Assembly: GCA_023515725.1 (NCBI GenBank)
Contig: JALDTO010000098.1
Coordinates: 398,164 to 462,163 of the forward strand
Direction of reading: 5' to 3'
Length of the DNA: 64,000 nucleotides
DNA from: Amoeboaphelidium protococcarum X5
Taxonomy: Eukaryota > Fungi > Aphelidiomycota
Positions within the stretch are counted from its first letter, which is position 1. The number at the start of each line of letters is the position of its first letter. The notes under the pieces were generated by a model, which had not been told where the DNA came from, made no database searches, and worked only from the letters and a program-made list of their open reading frames with translations. The position numbers and the translations under genes are program-made. This document shows, one piece after another, positions 51,885 through 64,000 of the stretch.

Positions 51885-54800
51885 ATGACATTACCTAATA
51901 ATCTTAGTCCAGATAGAAGGAGAAGAAATTAGTCTTAGAAAGGTAATCTCATATAATTGCCAACAGATAATTAGATCACTGACTCCACCAACACTTCGCG
52001 GCCTTGCGTTGGGACTTCTCTTCAATATTCCTCTGCGCAAGACAAGTCTGCTTATTTTAATTAAAATTCCCGTTAAGCCTACTATAGTAATAGCATGCAG
52101 AAGAAAGCATTACCTTCATTTTTGCAAGGGTAAAATTCTGGCACTAATGCGTGGTCGAGTCAAAAGTCATAAGGTGTAAAGCCTCTTTCCAGTAGTAGGA
52201 ATGTTGTGGTGGAAATAGATGACGCAGATGATGGCGTTAAAACTCCAAAAATGTCTACTAATAATCCCATTAGGTAAATGCAGATTTCTGGTACGAGTAG
52301 TGCTCTGGATAGTCGTAGGAATCGAGAGACGGTCATCTCTCAACCATAAGTAAACTCTCATGATGCGTATCTTAAAATCTAAGCTTCTGGCGTTACCACT
52401 ACAAATATTGATTAAATGATTAAAATCGGTCCAAGTCTTACTGCATCGTATGATTCTTCGTATTAGAATGTTTTGAACTAGGCAGAGTAGAACAAGACTC
52501 AAAACAGAGACGTGGTGGATCTCAGTAACGACGATCATAGCTCAGTGTCGCATGCAAAGTCTAATGTTAGCAATCGCAGAATATTTAAACCTTTAATTGA
52601 TTCCTCTAATACTGGTGCGAATAAACGAAACCGTAAAGAGCCTTTTTAAAAGAAGAAGAAGCAGCTGAAGTTGTCCGCCGCAGAAGATCAGCCGCCCAAG
52701 GAAAAGCAGTAGTCATCGGACGACGATTTTGACTTTAAAGACTCTGAAAGCTTGCCGCCTGTCCCAAAGTTGGTAACAGCATTAGGTGGCAATGGGTTGA
52801 CTGATTAGCAGAAGGAGAAGATGTTCGAAGATCATTATGAGGTGGACACTAAATGGTCTGGGTACATGAATAACTGCCAGTTCGCCTCTGGTACAAGCAA
52901 TTTTAAATAATCTGGCCAATTGTCTATAGGAAATGATGACAGAATTTATTTTACTGATGGCGACAACAAGTATTTTGTCATTTTGAAGTTGCGGCATCTT
53001 ACTGTGAACAATTATGTCACTGCTGCTGAGGCTGAAATAATGCGGCAGTATACTCTAAAATTTTAATTCCCGTCTAGCTAGTTTGTGATGAATAAAACTT
53101 TTGAAGAAGGTGGGATGCGGTCAGTTGATAGTATTGAGTGTTCTACCCAGCTATCTGCGTCTGAACTCTAAAATCTTATGAGATTGGTCAAGTTAGATTT
53201 AAAGGCAACCTTTGAAACTCTTAATTGCAAGAAAAGGAAGTGCGATGATGTTGGCACATCTCGATCCAAGAGTCTGGCTAGAGGCACTTTGACTAGGCCT
53301 AAAAGTCCTGATATGAGCTTTTCCGGTAGCTTATCTTAAAGCGGATTATGGGATAGATTGCAGAGTGGCCGTAGATTGACTAGAAATTCTCAGTCATCTT
53401 TAGGTCACCAGAAAGTCAAGTCGAATGCTGATAATCCGATTACATTCGATGATGACGATGATGATGATTGTGAGGATAAAGTTGGCGATTCTTTCTCAGC
53501 TGTGAAGTAAGAGTCTGATTCTTTGGCCCAGCAGAAAGTTTAGGACAATTCACGTCGCTCTAGACTGGCAATGAAGGATGAGCCTAAATTGCTATTTAAG
53601 TTTCCTTTCAGTGGTAAGCATAGAATTCATGTAACTGATCATGATGCTCTTCGATTGCACGATCCTGAATTCCTTAATGATGTTGTTATTGAATTCTACT
53701 TGGATTACATTTTCAGCACACGAGTGAATCCTATTTGGTAGTAGAAGGCGTATGTATTCAACAGCTTCTTTTACAAGGTGCTCACAGAGAAAGGTCATGA
53801 TAAGTAGAATGATGAAAACCGTTATCTAAGTGTAAAAGAGTGGACCAATAAGGCGGATGTTTTCTCTAGAGATTTCCTCATCGTTCCTGTGAATGAGAAT
53901 TTCCACTGGTATCTGGCCATTATTGCATATCCTCACCGGCTGATAGATGCTGCCAAGCGCGATTTGTCGACTTAAGTTGATGCTCAAGACTCACCGGTCA
54001 AGACTAGAGGCAATACCGGAGGTCGCTCTCGAACTAATAAAATCATGTCTTCTCCCGAGAATAAAAAGTTTGATGGTATGCTTGTTGTCGATATGGTGGA
54101 TGATGACGATGACGATGTGGCGAAGCCTAAAGTTTAAGTAGATTAATCAAAGACTCTTAGTGTTGAGTCTCCCTCTAAAGCTGATTTGCGGCTATTCGAA
54201 AAGGCAAAGAATCAAGCTCATGTCATAATCCTGGATTCTTTGGGATCCTCTCGTCCCGCTACTGTAAAATCTCTCAAGTTATTTCTCTACCAAGAGGCAA
54301 AGCATCGTTTGGGTGTAGAGATTGATCTTTCTCTAATTCAGGGCTCAAATGCCAGAATTCCTCGACAGCCCAACTCTTATGACTGCGGAGTTTATTTACT
54401 CAACTGTGCTGAACAATTTCTCACTGATCCACCTGCTTAATTTCATCAGTTGATTCTACGAAGATCTGGCGATTGGTTTAAACATGATGCTATCCAAATG
54501 AAGCGGATTGAAATGATGTCTTTATTTGAGTAATTGACCAAAGATTATTCCGCCTCAGTTAGTCGCGATAGTTCGGTGGCTAATAGTACTAATGCAGCTT
54601 CTGTCAAAGATGAAAATGATAGTGATGGCGAAGATGTGTTTGAAGAAGTTAAACCATCCGCCGAGTCCTTGACATAGTCGGCAGTCGACGCTTCATTCGA
54701 CAACATCAGCTTATCTATGAGTGCATTGTGTGAATATTCGAAAGAAGTGAAGGAATTAACACCGGAAGTCAAGAATGATAACTAGTTTGCCGTGCTTGAT

Positions 54801-54974
54801 GGGCTGTAGGAAGATTTTAATATGGACGTTTTAGATTCAAAGAGTAATGATGTTTAACAGTAGTCTCCTCAGGTCAAGACTGAAGAATCTATTGAGTAGT
54901 TGTTCAACGATAACAGTCATTTGACTCCGGTGAAAAATGACACTTAATCTGTGATGAGTTACGATTAAAAGTGA
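51885..54974 (+). CDS. SUMO protease (Ulp2/SENP6-7-like, C48), 1029 aa
   Basis: EFLNDVVIEFY, FNSFFY, PVNENFHWYLAII, ILDSL, QPNSYDCGVYL; long disordered N-terminus. Confidence 0.9.
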
Positions 54975-55052
54975 ACGTGCTTATGAATTTAATATTGTTC
55001 TGTGACATTTAACTAAAATGTATTTCCAATCTTAATAGTCAATCGATACCGG

Positions 55053-56060
55053 TCATAAGTGTTATTGCAACCATTCAGATGCGATTGTAGCCATAGTTTC
55101 TGAACCTTCGCCACTAAGAACAAATGAGTGGGATAGTCCTTTTGAGCACAGGTGTACTTGACCAGATGGAAACCGTGCTTTCATGTCTTCATAATACTTT
55201 ACCGGTGCCCATCGATCATCCACACCATAATAGAATATCAACTTGTCGATATGCTACTTGTAAAAACGTTCATCAATAGCCTGAATCTAAGCCATCTCAG
55301 TAAACGCCATGTACAATGCATTCTGACAAACATCAGAGTCTATCATTTACGATGCGACTATCGCGGACTCTGCATCGTTAGTCCCAATGACACGTGACAC
55401 CGCTGTCTATAGAGCACTTAGAGGTAGAAACGATAGAGCAGTGGCAGCTGAAGATAAACACAGCCTTCCCATCCACGAGAATGCAGGTGAAAGCAGATAG
55501 CCATTCGGAGTGGCAGCGATATGTTCCAGAGTCGGAAACAGCAGTAAACTTCTTTCAAAATTATATGCTGGTCGAGCCTTCATTATTTCAGTGCATATAT
55601 AAGCGCCTACAGAGTGTCCAGCTAGAATGATACGGGCATCCTTGTACTAATCAGCGACTAAACGATCCAAAATCGCAAGCTTATGATTGACTTGATCTTG
55701 CAATCCAAAGAGACCGGTCTGACGCAGCTCTTCGGATTCATTAAATTTCACAGAATGCACCAGAGGATAATGATCAATGAACTACTCCTTTGTATGTTTG
55801 GCATGCTGTACTCCAATAACATTGAGACGCTAATCACATTTCTGATAAATAGACTGCAAAAACTGATCGTAAAAGTCAATCACACCTGGGTTGCCTACAC
55901 AATGATAACGCAGTCATTATCGACTTTGCATATACATAGCATTTCGAGCAGAGAACGTACCTGGAATAAAGAATAACAAAACATTGCAAGACTGATTCAC
56001 AGCTTCTATAACGTTAATCTGCGTGCGAAATCCGCCTATTTACCACACAGTCTTTTTCAT
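55053..56060 (-). CDS. LDAH: Lipid droplet-associated hydrolase (LDAH/Ypr147c-like), 313 aa; exons 56060-55961, 55894-55053
   Basis: FIPGNPG restored by splicing, LQDQVNHK, GHSVGAY, FYYGVDDRWAP, HSFV. Confidence 0.88.
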
Positions 56061-56508
56061 TTCAAACCCGGGCGCTTCTTCTCTAAGCGGTGAAAAGTAA
56101 AAACGACGAAGAGTGAAAAACGAATCAAAACTCTTTATGAAATTGCAATGGCTGAATAGTTTATTTACAGAAAGTTGTACTGTAAGCTGAAAGTTATTTA
56201 ATCAGATTTTGTAACAAGAAGCTTGAGTACGATAGAAATAGCTGCTTTACTGACTGACACGTGAATAGAGAGAATTGATAACGAAAGCACTAAAGTGAAA
56301 CAAGCGATGAAACAAACTCAGAATAAGTGAAACGCGTCGCTCGTTGTTTTAAGTTGTGACGTGATGTGAATCTTCCGATAAATTCACATTTGTTTCAACT
56401 TCACTCTCTTCCCATTTACTCACTCTCACTACCTTCCTCACATTCCTCTTATCATTATCATATCCAGGAGTCTATAGTTAGTTCCTGTTACCTTGAATAT
56501 CATCATTA

Positions 56509-57723
56509 ATGAAGTCTTTCGTTATCTCTGCTTTGCTGGCAGCATCTGCTTCTTATGGTTTCGTTCTGCAAAGAGACACCTCTGCTCCTCTATTCATCTA
56601 GAACGATAATGCTGAAGCTGTCCCGCAAGAGTACATTGTTGTTCTGAAGGAGCAGTCTGACCTGTCTAGTGCTCAAATCATGTCAGATCTGGTATCGTAT
56701 GCTTCCATTGCTTCTGACGATATTCTGCATACTTATGATACTGTGCTGAGTGGTTTCGCAGCCAAGCTGAGTGAAGATTAGCTGTCTTTGATGGGATCCC
56801 GCCAAGAGATTGCCTACATTGAACCAAATCAGGTTGTATACGCACATGCTGCTCAGAGTCCAGTTCCATCTTGGGGATTGGCTCGTGTATCACAAAAGTC
56901 ATTCAAAGATCCTTCTACTTACAGCTATCCATCCACTGCTGGTGCAGGCGTTGACGCCTACGTCATTGATACTGGTGTCAATGTTCAGCATGTTGATTTT
57001 GAGGGTCGTGCCAAGTGGGGAAAGACTATTCCAAGAGACTCTAGAGACTTTGACGGAAACGGCCATGGTACACATGTGGCCGGTACCATTGCTGGTAAGA
57101 CTTTCGGAATTGCTAAGAAGGCCAACATTGTCGCTGTGAAAGTTTTAAGTGATAGTGGCTCTGGTACCACTGCTGATGTTATTGCCGGTATCCAGTGGAG
57201 TGCAGAGTAGTCCAAGAGCAAGGGCAAGAAATCTGTCGCCAACATGTCTCTTGGTGGTGGTAAATCTAATGCACTGAATGCTGCAGTTGCAGGTGCTATT
57301 CAATAAGGATTGCAGTTCGCTGTGGCTGCTGGTAACTCCAACAGAGATGCATGTTTCTACAGTCCAGCCAGTGTTCCAACTGCTATCAGTGTTGGTGCTT
57401 CCACCGTCAACGATGGCCGTGCATACTTTTCCAACTTTGGCAAGTGTGTCCACATTTTGGCGCCAGGTTAGGATATCACCTCTGCATGGACTGGTTCAGC
57501 TACTGCACAAAGAACTATCTCTGGCACATCTATGGCATCTCCTCACGTTTGCGGTGTAATGGCCCTGCTGTTGGCTGAAGAAGACTTGAGTCCTGCCGAC
57601 TTGAAGACCAAGATTATCAACTTGGGTGTCAAGGGAGTTTTCACTCGTCTACCTGCTGGAACTCCAAACTTGCTATTGAACAATGGCTACTGCAGCAATG
57701 AAAGCACCGACCTGTTCTGGTGA
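56509..57723 (+). CDS. Second subtilisin-like serine protease (S8, proteinase K/B-like), 404 aa
   Basis: Signal peptide, I9 propeptide, [25 protein letters not shown]. Confidence 0.95.
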
Positions 57724-57951
57724 ATTTCTTGGAATTTCTGTTTTACGGTTTGATTGATCTATGATGTTGTGAATGTATTATTTTCGTATCTCACATTAAT
57801 TTCCTACTTCATTTTTACACTATTTGATGGTAAAGGCAGTTTGAATTCTTATCGCTGCAGATATTTCTGAGACAGATTTTCACAACTTTCTCTTTTTTCT
57901 CCTTTGCATTCAAAGTTTCAATCATTTTAAATAAAGGCAGTGTCTGGTAAG

Positions 57952-59691
57952 ATGGACTAGAGTCCTATATACTACGACGTGTTTTACTGTCCACTTTTTG
58001 AGTAAACTATTTAATAGGATACCACTGATAGTCTCAATAATCCCCCAAAGATCCGCGATAGTGTCGCTGATGATAACTCTTAAAATGACGAGACATCTGT
58101 GCCTATTGTAGCTGGCAACGATACCCCAGATTAAGATGATAATTTAAATAAGACCGACGAGTCGATAGGATAGTCTTCAATAGATAATGAAGATGCAAAG
58201 CCAGATAGAGTTGTTCCTGTAATAAAGACGTGCGGTCCTCCCACGTAGAAAGATAGATTCAATTATGCATCTTTTGACTGTGGTGCTATTATTCGCCAGT
58301 CTGACTCTTCAACTCAACATGCAACATCAATTCTAAATGCTAATAATAAAGACACCTATATGCTCACTGTGTGCAGTGATAAGAATGAAGAGCGATTCGT
58401 GACAATAGAACTGTGTCAAGATATTCTGATCGATGGTGTGGTGATTGCGAATTTAGAGTTCTTCAGCTCCATGTATAGTAGAATTAATGTGTACATTAGC
58501 GATTTCTATCCTCCCGTCTAGTGGACTCATCTCGCTGTATTAGACACGGTCAATAATAGAGATTTGTAACTATTCTAGGTAGAAGAGTCCCTCATGTGGG
58601 CCAAGTATGTCAAGTTGCAGTTTGTTAGTCACTATGGAAGTGAGCATTACTGTCCGCTGACTCTAGTCAAAGTTTATGGCAGCACAATGATGGAGGATTT
58701 GCGTAATTTTGAATTAAGCTAGGCCAAGGCACCGGATTCATAATCTGAGGTTAAACTGTGGTCTAATCCTCAGTTTACGTCTAACGCGCACCATCATCAT
58801 TTGGTGTCCTCTCTCAGATCTCGCGGTAGATTGTACCATCATCCTGCTGGTAGTAATTGGCATTCATAATAACAGCAGCAGTAGAATTCTTATTAACAGG
58901 AGCTCTCTGATTTGAATAAAAAGTACCAGAATCTTAATGATTAACCGTCCTGGTAGTAATATTAGTAATCATCTTAAGCGTATCATGATAATGGGCCTTA
59001 GTCATCACCATCTTCATCGTCTACAGATTCCGTATTCAAATCTATACTAAAACGATTAAACAAGTTGGAGTATAATCTAAATGTAACGAATAATTACCTG
59101 CAGAATAGTATAGACGTGTTCAGATTAGAGTTGGAGCACTTGGAGTAAGATACTCGTCTCCGTGTGGAAGATTATCTGGAGCGTCTCGGTGCGTCTGTGA
59201 TGACGGGGATGAATGAGATGCGACAAGATTTTGACTCTTCACTGCATCACATGGTCACAGATGGTAGGTAGGCCATCTCTAATTTGCAGTCCTTCACCAC
59301 CACGTATTAACAATAGTTCTACTTCAACTTGTTCTTAATCATCAGCTTGTGGTTGGTGGTGGGATGTCTCATATATTTAGTGCAGACTGGGTAGACGGCC
59401 AGTGATGTTCTACGACGATTACGGAGGCGTAATGGCAATTAAAGTGCTCTTAATCGGCGGTCTGTGTTCGCTTTCAGCAATAATGAGCTTGTTATGCGTC
59501 AACCATTTTAAACTCCAGATGCATGGCAGCAGTTTTTGGAATCTAATATTCACAAGATTTACGTGACTACAAATGGTGGTGGTGGTGGTGGCAATATAAG
59601 AAAGATGAGAATGCGCAGATTTAGTTTCCCATCAGATATCAATACTCGACACCATCATTCGCAGTATAACCGGAGATCTAAGCGAGACTGA
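57952..59691 (+). CDS. Mid-SUN domain membrane protein (Slp1/SUCO-like), ~579 aa; start uncertain
   Basis: [48 protein letters not shown], coiled coil, TM helix. Confidence 0.85.
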
Positions 59692-59911
59692 CCTCTTCCC
59701 TTCCGTTTTTATAATGTTGATGATCCTCTACCAAAGTGACAAGAATTTAAACAAGAGTATCGTAATAATAAGAATCTCACTTTATTACATCAGAGAACGA
59801 CAACATTTTTAAAATCTCTTACTTGTGTGTTCATCGACAAAACAATCACCAGTCAATCTTTAATCATGATCTTCGATTGACCAGTGAATATTTATCAACA
59901 ACAGCATTTAT

Positions 59912-61937
59912 TCACTTCATAGAAGCCACGGCATTAGTCTTCAAGTGCTGAATCAAAGTTCTTACGAATCCCTGCTCATACTTCGTATTCTCAAGAATAA
60001 CCTGCAGATTCTCAGAGGGACAACGTAGAATATTGGGAGCAAACACCATCGCAATATTATTGATACTCATTCGAGTGACTGGCTAATTCTTGGGCTCACC
60101 AACAATTTGGAGAAAGTTGATCAAGTACTCCAACACGTTCTAATTATGCTCGGGAATCTTGCTGAATATTGCAAGAGCCTTTTCCGGATTCTCTGCATTC
60201 TTTATGCAGTAATCATAGAGCTCAGTAGGCACCAGAGGATCAGTCAGATCACGAAGCCAGAACTTGAGTAGCGATGCAGGTACAGATGCATCATTAATAC
60301 CGCTAATGTCATACACATTCTTCTCAATGCGCAATCTCAAGTCTGTGATTTGGTCAGCATCGCCCGGCACTCTGAATATTCCCTCAGTCTGGCATCCATT
60401 CAAATTGAGAATACACTGAGACAGAAACGTCATGATTCTAGGCAATTTCAACTGAGGCTCCTTCTCCTTCTGGATATCCATAATATCTGCAAGAGACTCT
60501 CCAAACACTGATGGGAAGAAGGGAGCCTCCTTAGCTCGATCAATCTCAGCAATAGTAGGCACCTTACCTCTTGGTCCCTTCACCGCGATTCTAGTCAGCT
60601 TAGTTAGGCAATGCTTAGAGAATATCTGAATCTTCTCATCTGGATCAGAGAAACGCTCCTTCATAAACTACTCAAGATAGCTCTCAAAGTTCTTGGATGG
60701 TGGGAAGGTGACCACCAGCGTGGACATCAACTCCCATCCTTTGTAAACACTTTCAGTACCCGGGTTTCCAGTGAGCTGTTTACACACTTGGCAAAAGATT
60801 TCATCTCTCATCTCACCAAAATTGATCCCAGACGCCAGAATCTCCTGAATATCCTCACTGTTACTCTTGGTATTCTTGGACTAGGGGGCACGATCTCCCA
60901 TGGCTCTTTGCACAGTTTTGAATATCTTTATAGCCTCCTTGTGCAAATTCTTGTTCAGAGTAAGAAGAGGTAGAGAAATGGCATCCTTTGTGAACTTGAC
61001 CATCTTATCAACGGGGACTCGCTTGCGCAATATACCACGCTTATGAGTGGCAAAGTACTTTGATGCAAATCCCTCCAACTAGAATTTAGCAATGTCTTTC
61101 ATCAAGCTATTAGGCAGAGCAGCACTAGAGCCTTGGATCTTTGACAGCTCCGGCTAGGCAGTGCGTCCATCTAAACTCATTCTACCGTGATGACCAGCAC
61201 CAGCAGAATTGACAGTCTAACTTGCAGCCAGAGGGGATTGATTGACAGGCATGGACATGGAGATATCATGCTGCCTATTCGGTGCAGAGAGATTCTACGG
61301 CTACTATACGAATAATCATAATAATAAAGTTGATGACACTAAAACATACAAAATAATATGATACTTACTGCTTGATTCGGCATTTAGCCTTATCCTTAAC
61401 TCTCTGGAGACTTTCGAGCATTATTCTACTACTAATACTACTCCTATTAAGCAGTGTCTGCATTGGACTTTTACTACACCGGAGTGGGAAATCCGCTGGT
61501 TCCAGAGGCTCTTTGTAAAGCTATAAGTGATATTACATACGCAGCAGCTGGCTTCACCCACTCGGTCTGACCAGTTTTAGTATTAAAGTAATACTACACA
61601 GCTCATAATAATATATATATATATATATATAGATATATAATGAATTAAGGAATTGAATCAATAAATTTAAATCATACAGGTAGCTTGTGATTGTTATCAA
61701 ACAGCTCCCACCACTCTTCCACATTCGGATCTCTCGCGGTTACTTGGACATTGGACGGTTTCTCCCAACAACATTCACCTACAATAATATTCAACAAGAA
61801 ATAATAACTTGAACGTATTATTTATAAATAAAAGAGATAACAATATAATGCTTACCAGAAATAGTGTTGGCATAGAAGATTTTACGACTCTACGGATCCA
61901 AAATCTCCACCCAATTATTATTATTGTTATTCGACAT
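59912..61937 (-). CDS. WW-WW-MyTH4-RhoGAP protein (ARHGAP39/Vilse-like); exons 61937-61856, 61778-61678, 61593-61369, ~61300-59912
   Basis: Two WW domains, MRDEIFCQVCKQLTGNP (MyTH4), EGIFRVPGD and SINNIAMVFAPN (RhoGAP). Confidence 0.9.
61610..61640. repeat. (AT)n microsatellite in an intron
   Basis: About ten AT dinucleotides in RhoGAP intron 2. Confidence 0.8.
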
Positions 61938-62671
61938 TCACTTCAGCAAAGTATTTTATCACTCAATTTGAAAGTAAAGGGGACAGCAAAGTTTAACTTT
62001 ATTCTGATAATATACTAATCCGCAACAACTTATTGCAGGCAGCTAGCTCTACAGCAGATATATATCGTTGATGATAATGTTGTTGTTAACCAGGAAGGAA
62101 CAAATACGACGGTGAACAAGAAGAGCAAAACGATTTCTCCCCGACCAGAGAAAGCATCTCTTTTGTTTGTTTCAGCTTTGCCCATTCAATAGACTAGACA
62201 GGACACGGTGCTTGAACTCAATCTTACTCATTTTAAAAATTTATAATTATATTTAGAGTTGTCCTTAGGATTGCTTAATATTTACTTATTTGGTTCAGAC
62301 AGAAAGACATTTACAACATGTATCCTTCATTTTTCAAGTTCAAAATATATAAATTTCTAATCATCTTTACAGAGCTCAATATCTTGTTAGAATCGTGATA
62401 AATTAATCAATGCCCGGGGAATACTGCGATAAAATATACATTGCATCAATTACACTCTCAGTGGTTATCTTTATTAACCAGAACGGTGTAGTAAGTGCGA
62501 CAATTCATCACGGCGTATTTTCATGTCGCGACGATTGTTGGACTTGTGCTGTGTGTTCGTTCCATGTCGCGTTTCCTTTCAGCCAGATACGTCGCCCTTT
62601 GTCACGTTTTTATATCGTCATTCCTGAACTTTATAGTCGTAAGCGAACCTTTGAATAGTAATAAAAATAAA

Positions 62672-63604
62672 ATGTTGAAATTGACGCGCTGTGGACTGTC
62701 TATCACCGCAAAGGGTGGTTTCCGTTACAAGCATACTCTGCCAGACTTGCCTTATGACTAGTACGACTTGTTCTGACATCAGCTTGAGATATCATGACAA
62801 TCTTGTGTGTAGTAATGCTCTAGAGCCTGTTGTATCTGGTAATTTATCGATCTAGGGATGTTGGAACTTTTGATGACGATATTCTGACAGCGATATAATG
62901 TAGCTGAGATTATGCAACTGCATCACTAGAAGCATCACCAGGCTTATGTTAACAACCTGAACTTGGCTGAGGAGAAGTTGTATGAAGCCAAGAACAAGAA
63001 TGATCTGCCTGCGTCCATTGCACTGCAGTCGATGTTGAAGTTTAACGGTGGTGGCCACATTAACCACTCCATCTTCTGGACCAACTTGGCTCCAATCGCC
63101 AAGGGTGGTGGTGAACCTCCTAAGGGTAGGATTTTTTTATTAATTTTATATTTATTGCATCATTGCTGTATTACTTGAACTCCGTCTTATAGTGTAGGCA
63201 ACTTGCTTAATGCCATTCAGAAGGATTTTGCCAATATGGACAACTTTATCAAGAAGTTTAATACTTCAGCAGCGGCGGTTCAAGGCAGCGGTTGGTGTTG
63301 GCTGGTAAGATATCTTCTTTTGTGATCTTGGATCCCACATGAAATACTAAACTCTTTGATTCTCATAATATAATGTCAACTGTTGTAGGGATACAATAAA
63401 GTGACAAAGGGCCTGGAAATCTCCACTACACCGAATCAAGACCCGCTAGTGCTGAATGGTCTTGTGCCATTGTTGGGTATTGATGTGTGGGAACACGCAT
63501 ACTACCTGCAGTATAAGAATGTTCGTCCAGACTATTTGAAGGAAATCTGGCGTGTGGTGAACTGGGAGAATGTTGCAGAACGTTACATTTAAGCACAACA
63601 GTGA
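62672..63604 (+). CDS. SOD2: Mitochondrial Mn superoxide dismutase; exons 62672-62760, 62813-62838, 62904-63125, 63198-63304, 63389-63604
   Basis: Presequence, [55 protein letters not shown]. Confidence 0.97.
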
Positions 63605-64000
63605 GTTAGTTGGTGGAGTATATATTGTAGTGATTACAATGCTAATTGTGCAGAAATGATAATTGAATTTTGACAGTGAATACAAAAATTTGCGATTCAT
63701 ACATTTTCATTTAGACGATACAGCTCTGTAGTCAGACAAAGCGCGTCATACTGTAGTTTCAGTTCGAGTTCCGTCGCTCGCCCGCTCAGATCGTCGCGTT
63801 TCATCCCCGCTCGGATCAAATGAGCGATCTCAGTTCCATTGAATGTGAATTTGTTTCTCTTTACTGTACCATACTGTGTTTCTCTGCTGTACCAATCTAG
63901 TCTCGATATACATCCGTCTATCCATCTAAACCCAATATATTTTTATTAGATATTTCAGAATGGAAGATTTGAAAAATATAGCCTATACAGTGGCAGAACC

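Noticed and set aside
1-64000. Mass pseudogenisation suggested by the fragmented ORF track
   Set aside because: Interruptions are only TAA/TAG, frames stay intact and catalytic motifs are conserved; this is a code change
1-64000. Ciliate or green-algal origin (these also use TAR=Gln)
   Set aside because: Class V myosin with a DIL domain, a Zn2Cys6 TF with fungal middle region and a fungal-type G-alpha indicate a fungal relative
63960-64000. Possible start of the next gene (MEDLKNIAYTVAE)
   Set aside because: Too short at the window edge to support

Overview
Gene-dense eukaryotic nuclear DNA read with a non-standard genetic code. TAA and TAG encode Gln (translation table 6) and TGA is the only stop, so the supplied ORF track fragments almost every gene. 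Re-read with TAR=Gln, the window holds 32 apparently intact protein-coding genes. They include a DDHD lipase, SDR, AN1/A20 zinc finger, FAM114, two subtilisins, a Zn2Cys6 TF, myosin V, ABHD11, insulysin, EMG1, ORM1, HAM1-like, CFD1, GPH1, G-alpha, eIF6, BCKDHB, GlyRS, p24, Ulp2-like, LDAH, SUN/SLP1, ARHGAP39-like and SOD2. Fungus-like genes, retained animal-like genes and TAR=Gln together point to an aphelid such as Amoeboaphelidium (inference). Highlights: (1) all 15 inferred introns are 52-86 nt and end in GTAG (14 in TGTAG); (2) three apparently unrelated ~175-180 bp tandem arrays, one with 17-bp terminal inverted repeats and a covarying inner hairpin, another with higher-order structure; (3) a likely UUG-initiated mitochondrial GlyRS isoform; (4) piggyBac and papain-like relics; (5) a myosin V with a GMSGAGKT P-loop; (6) enriched back-up TGA stops. 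All product calls rest on motif recognition by eye, not database searches.
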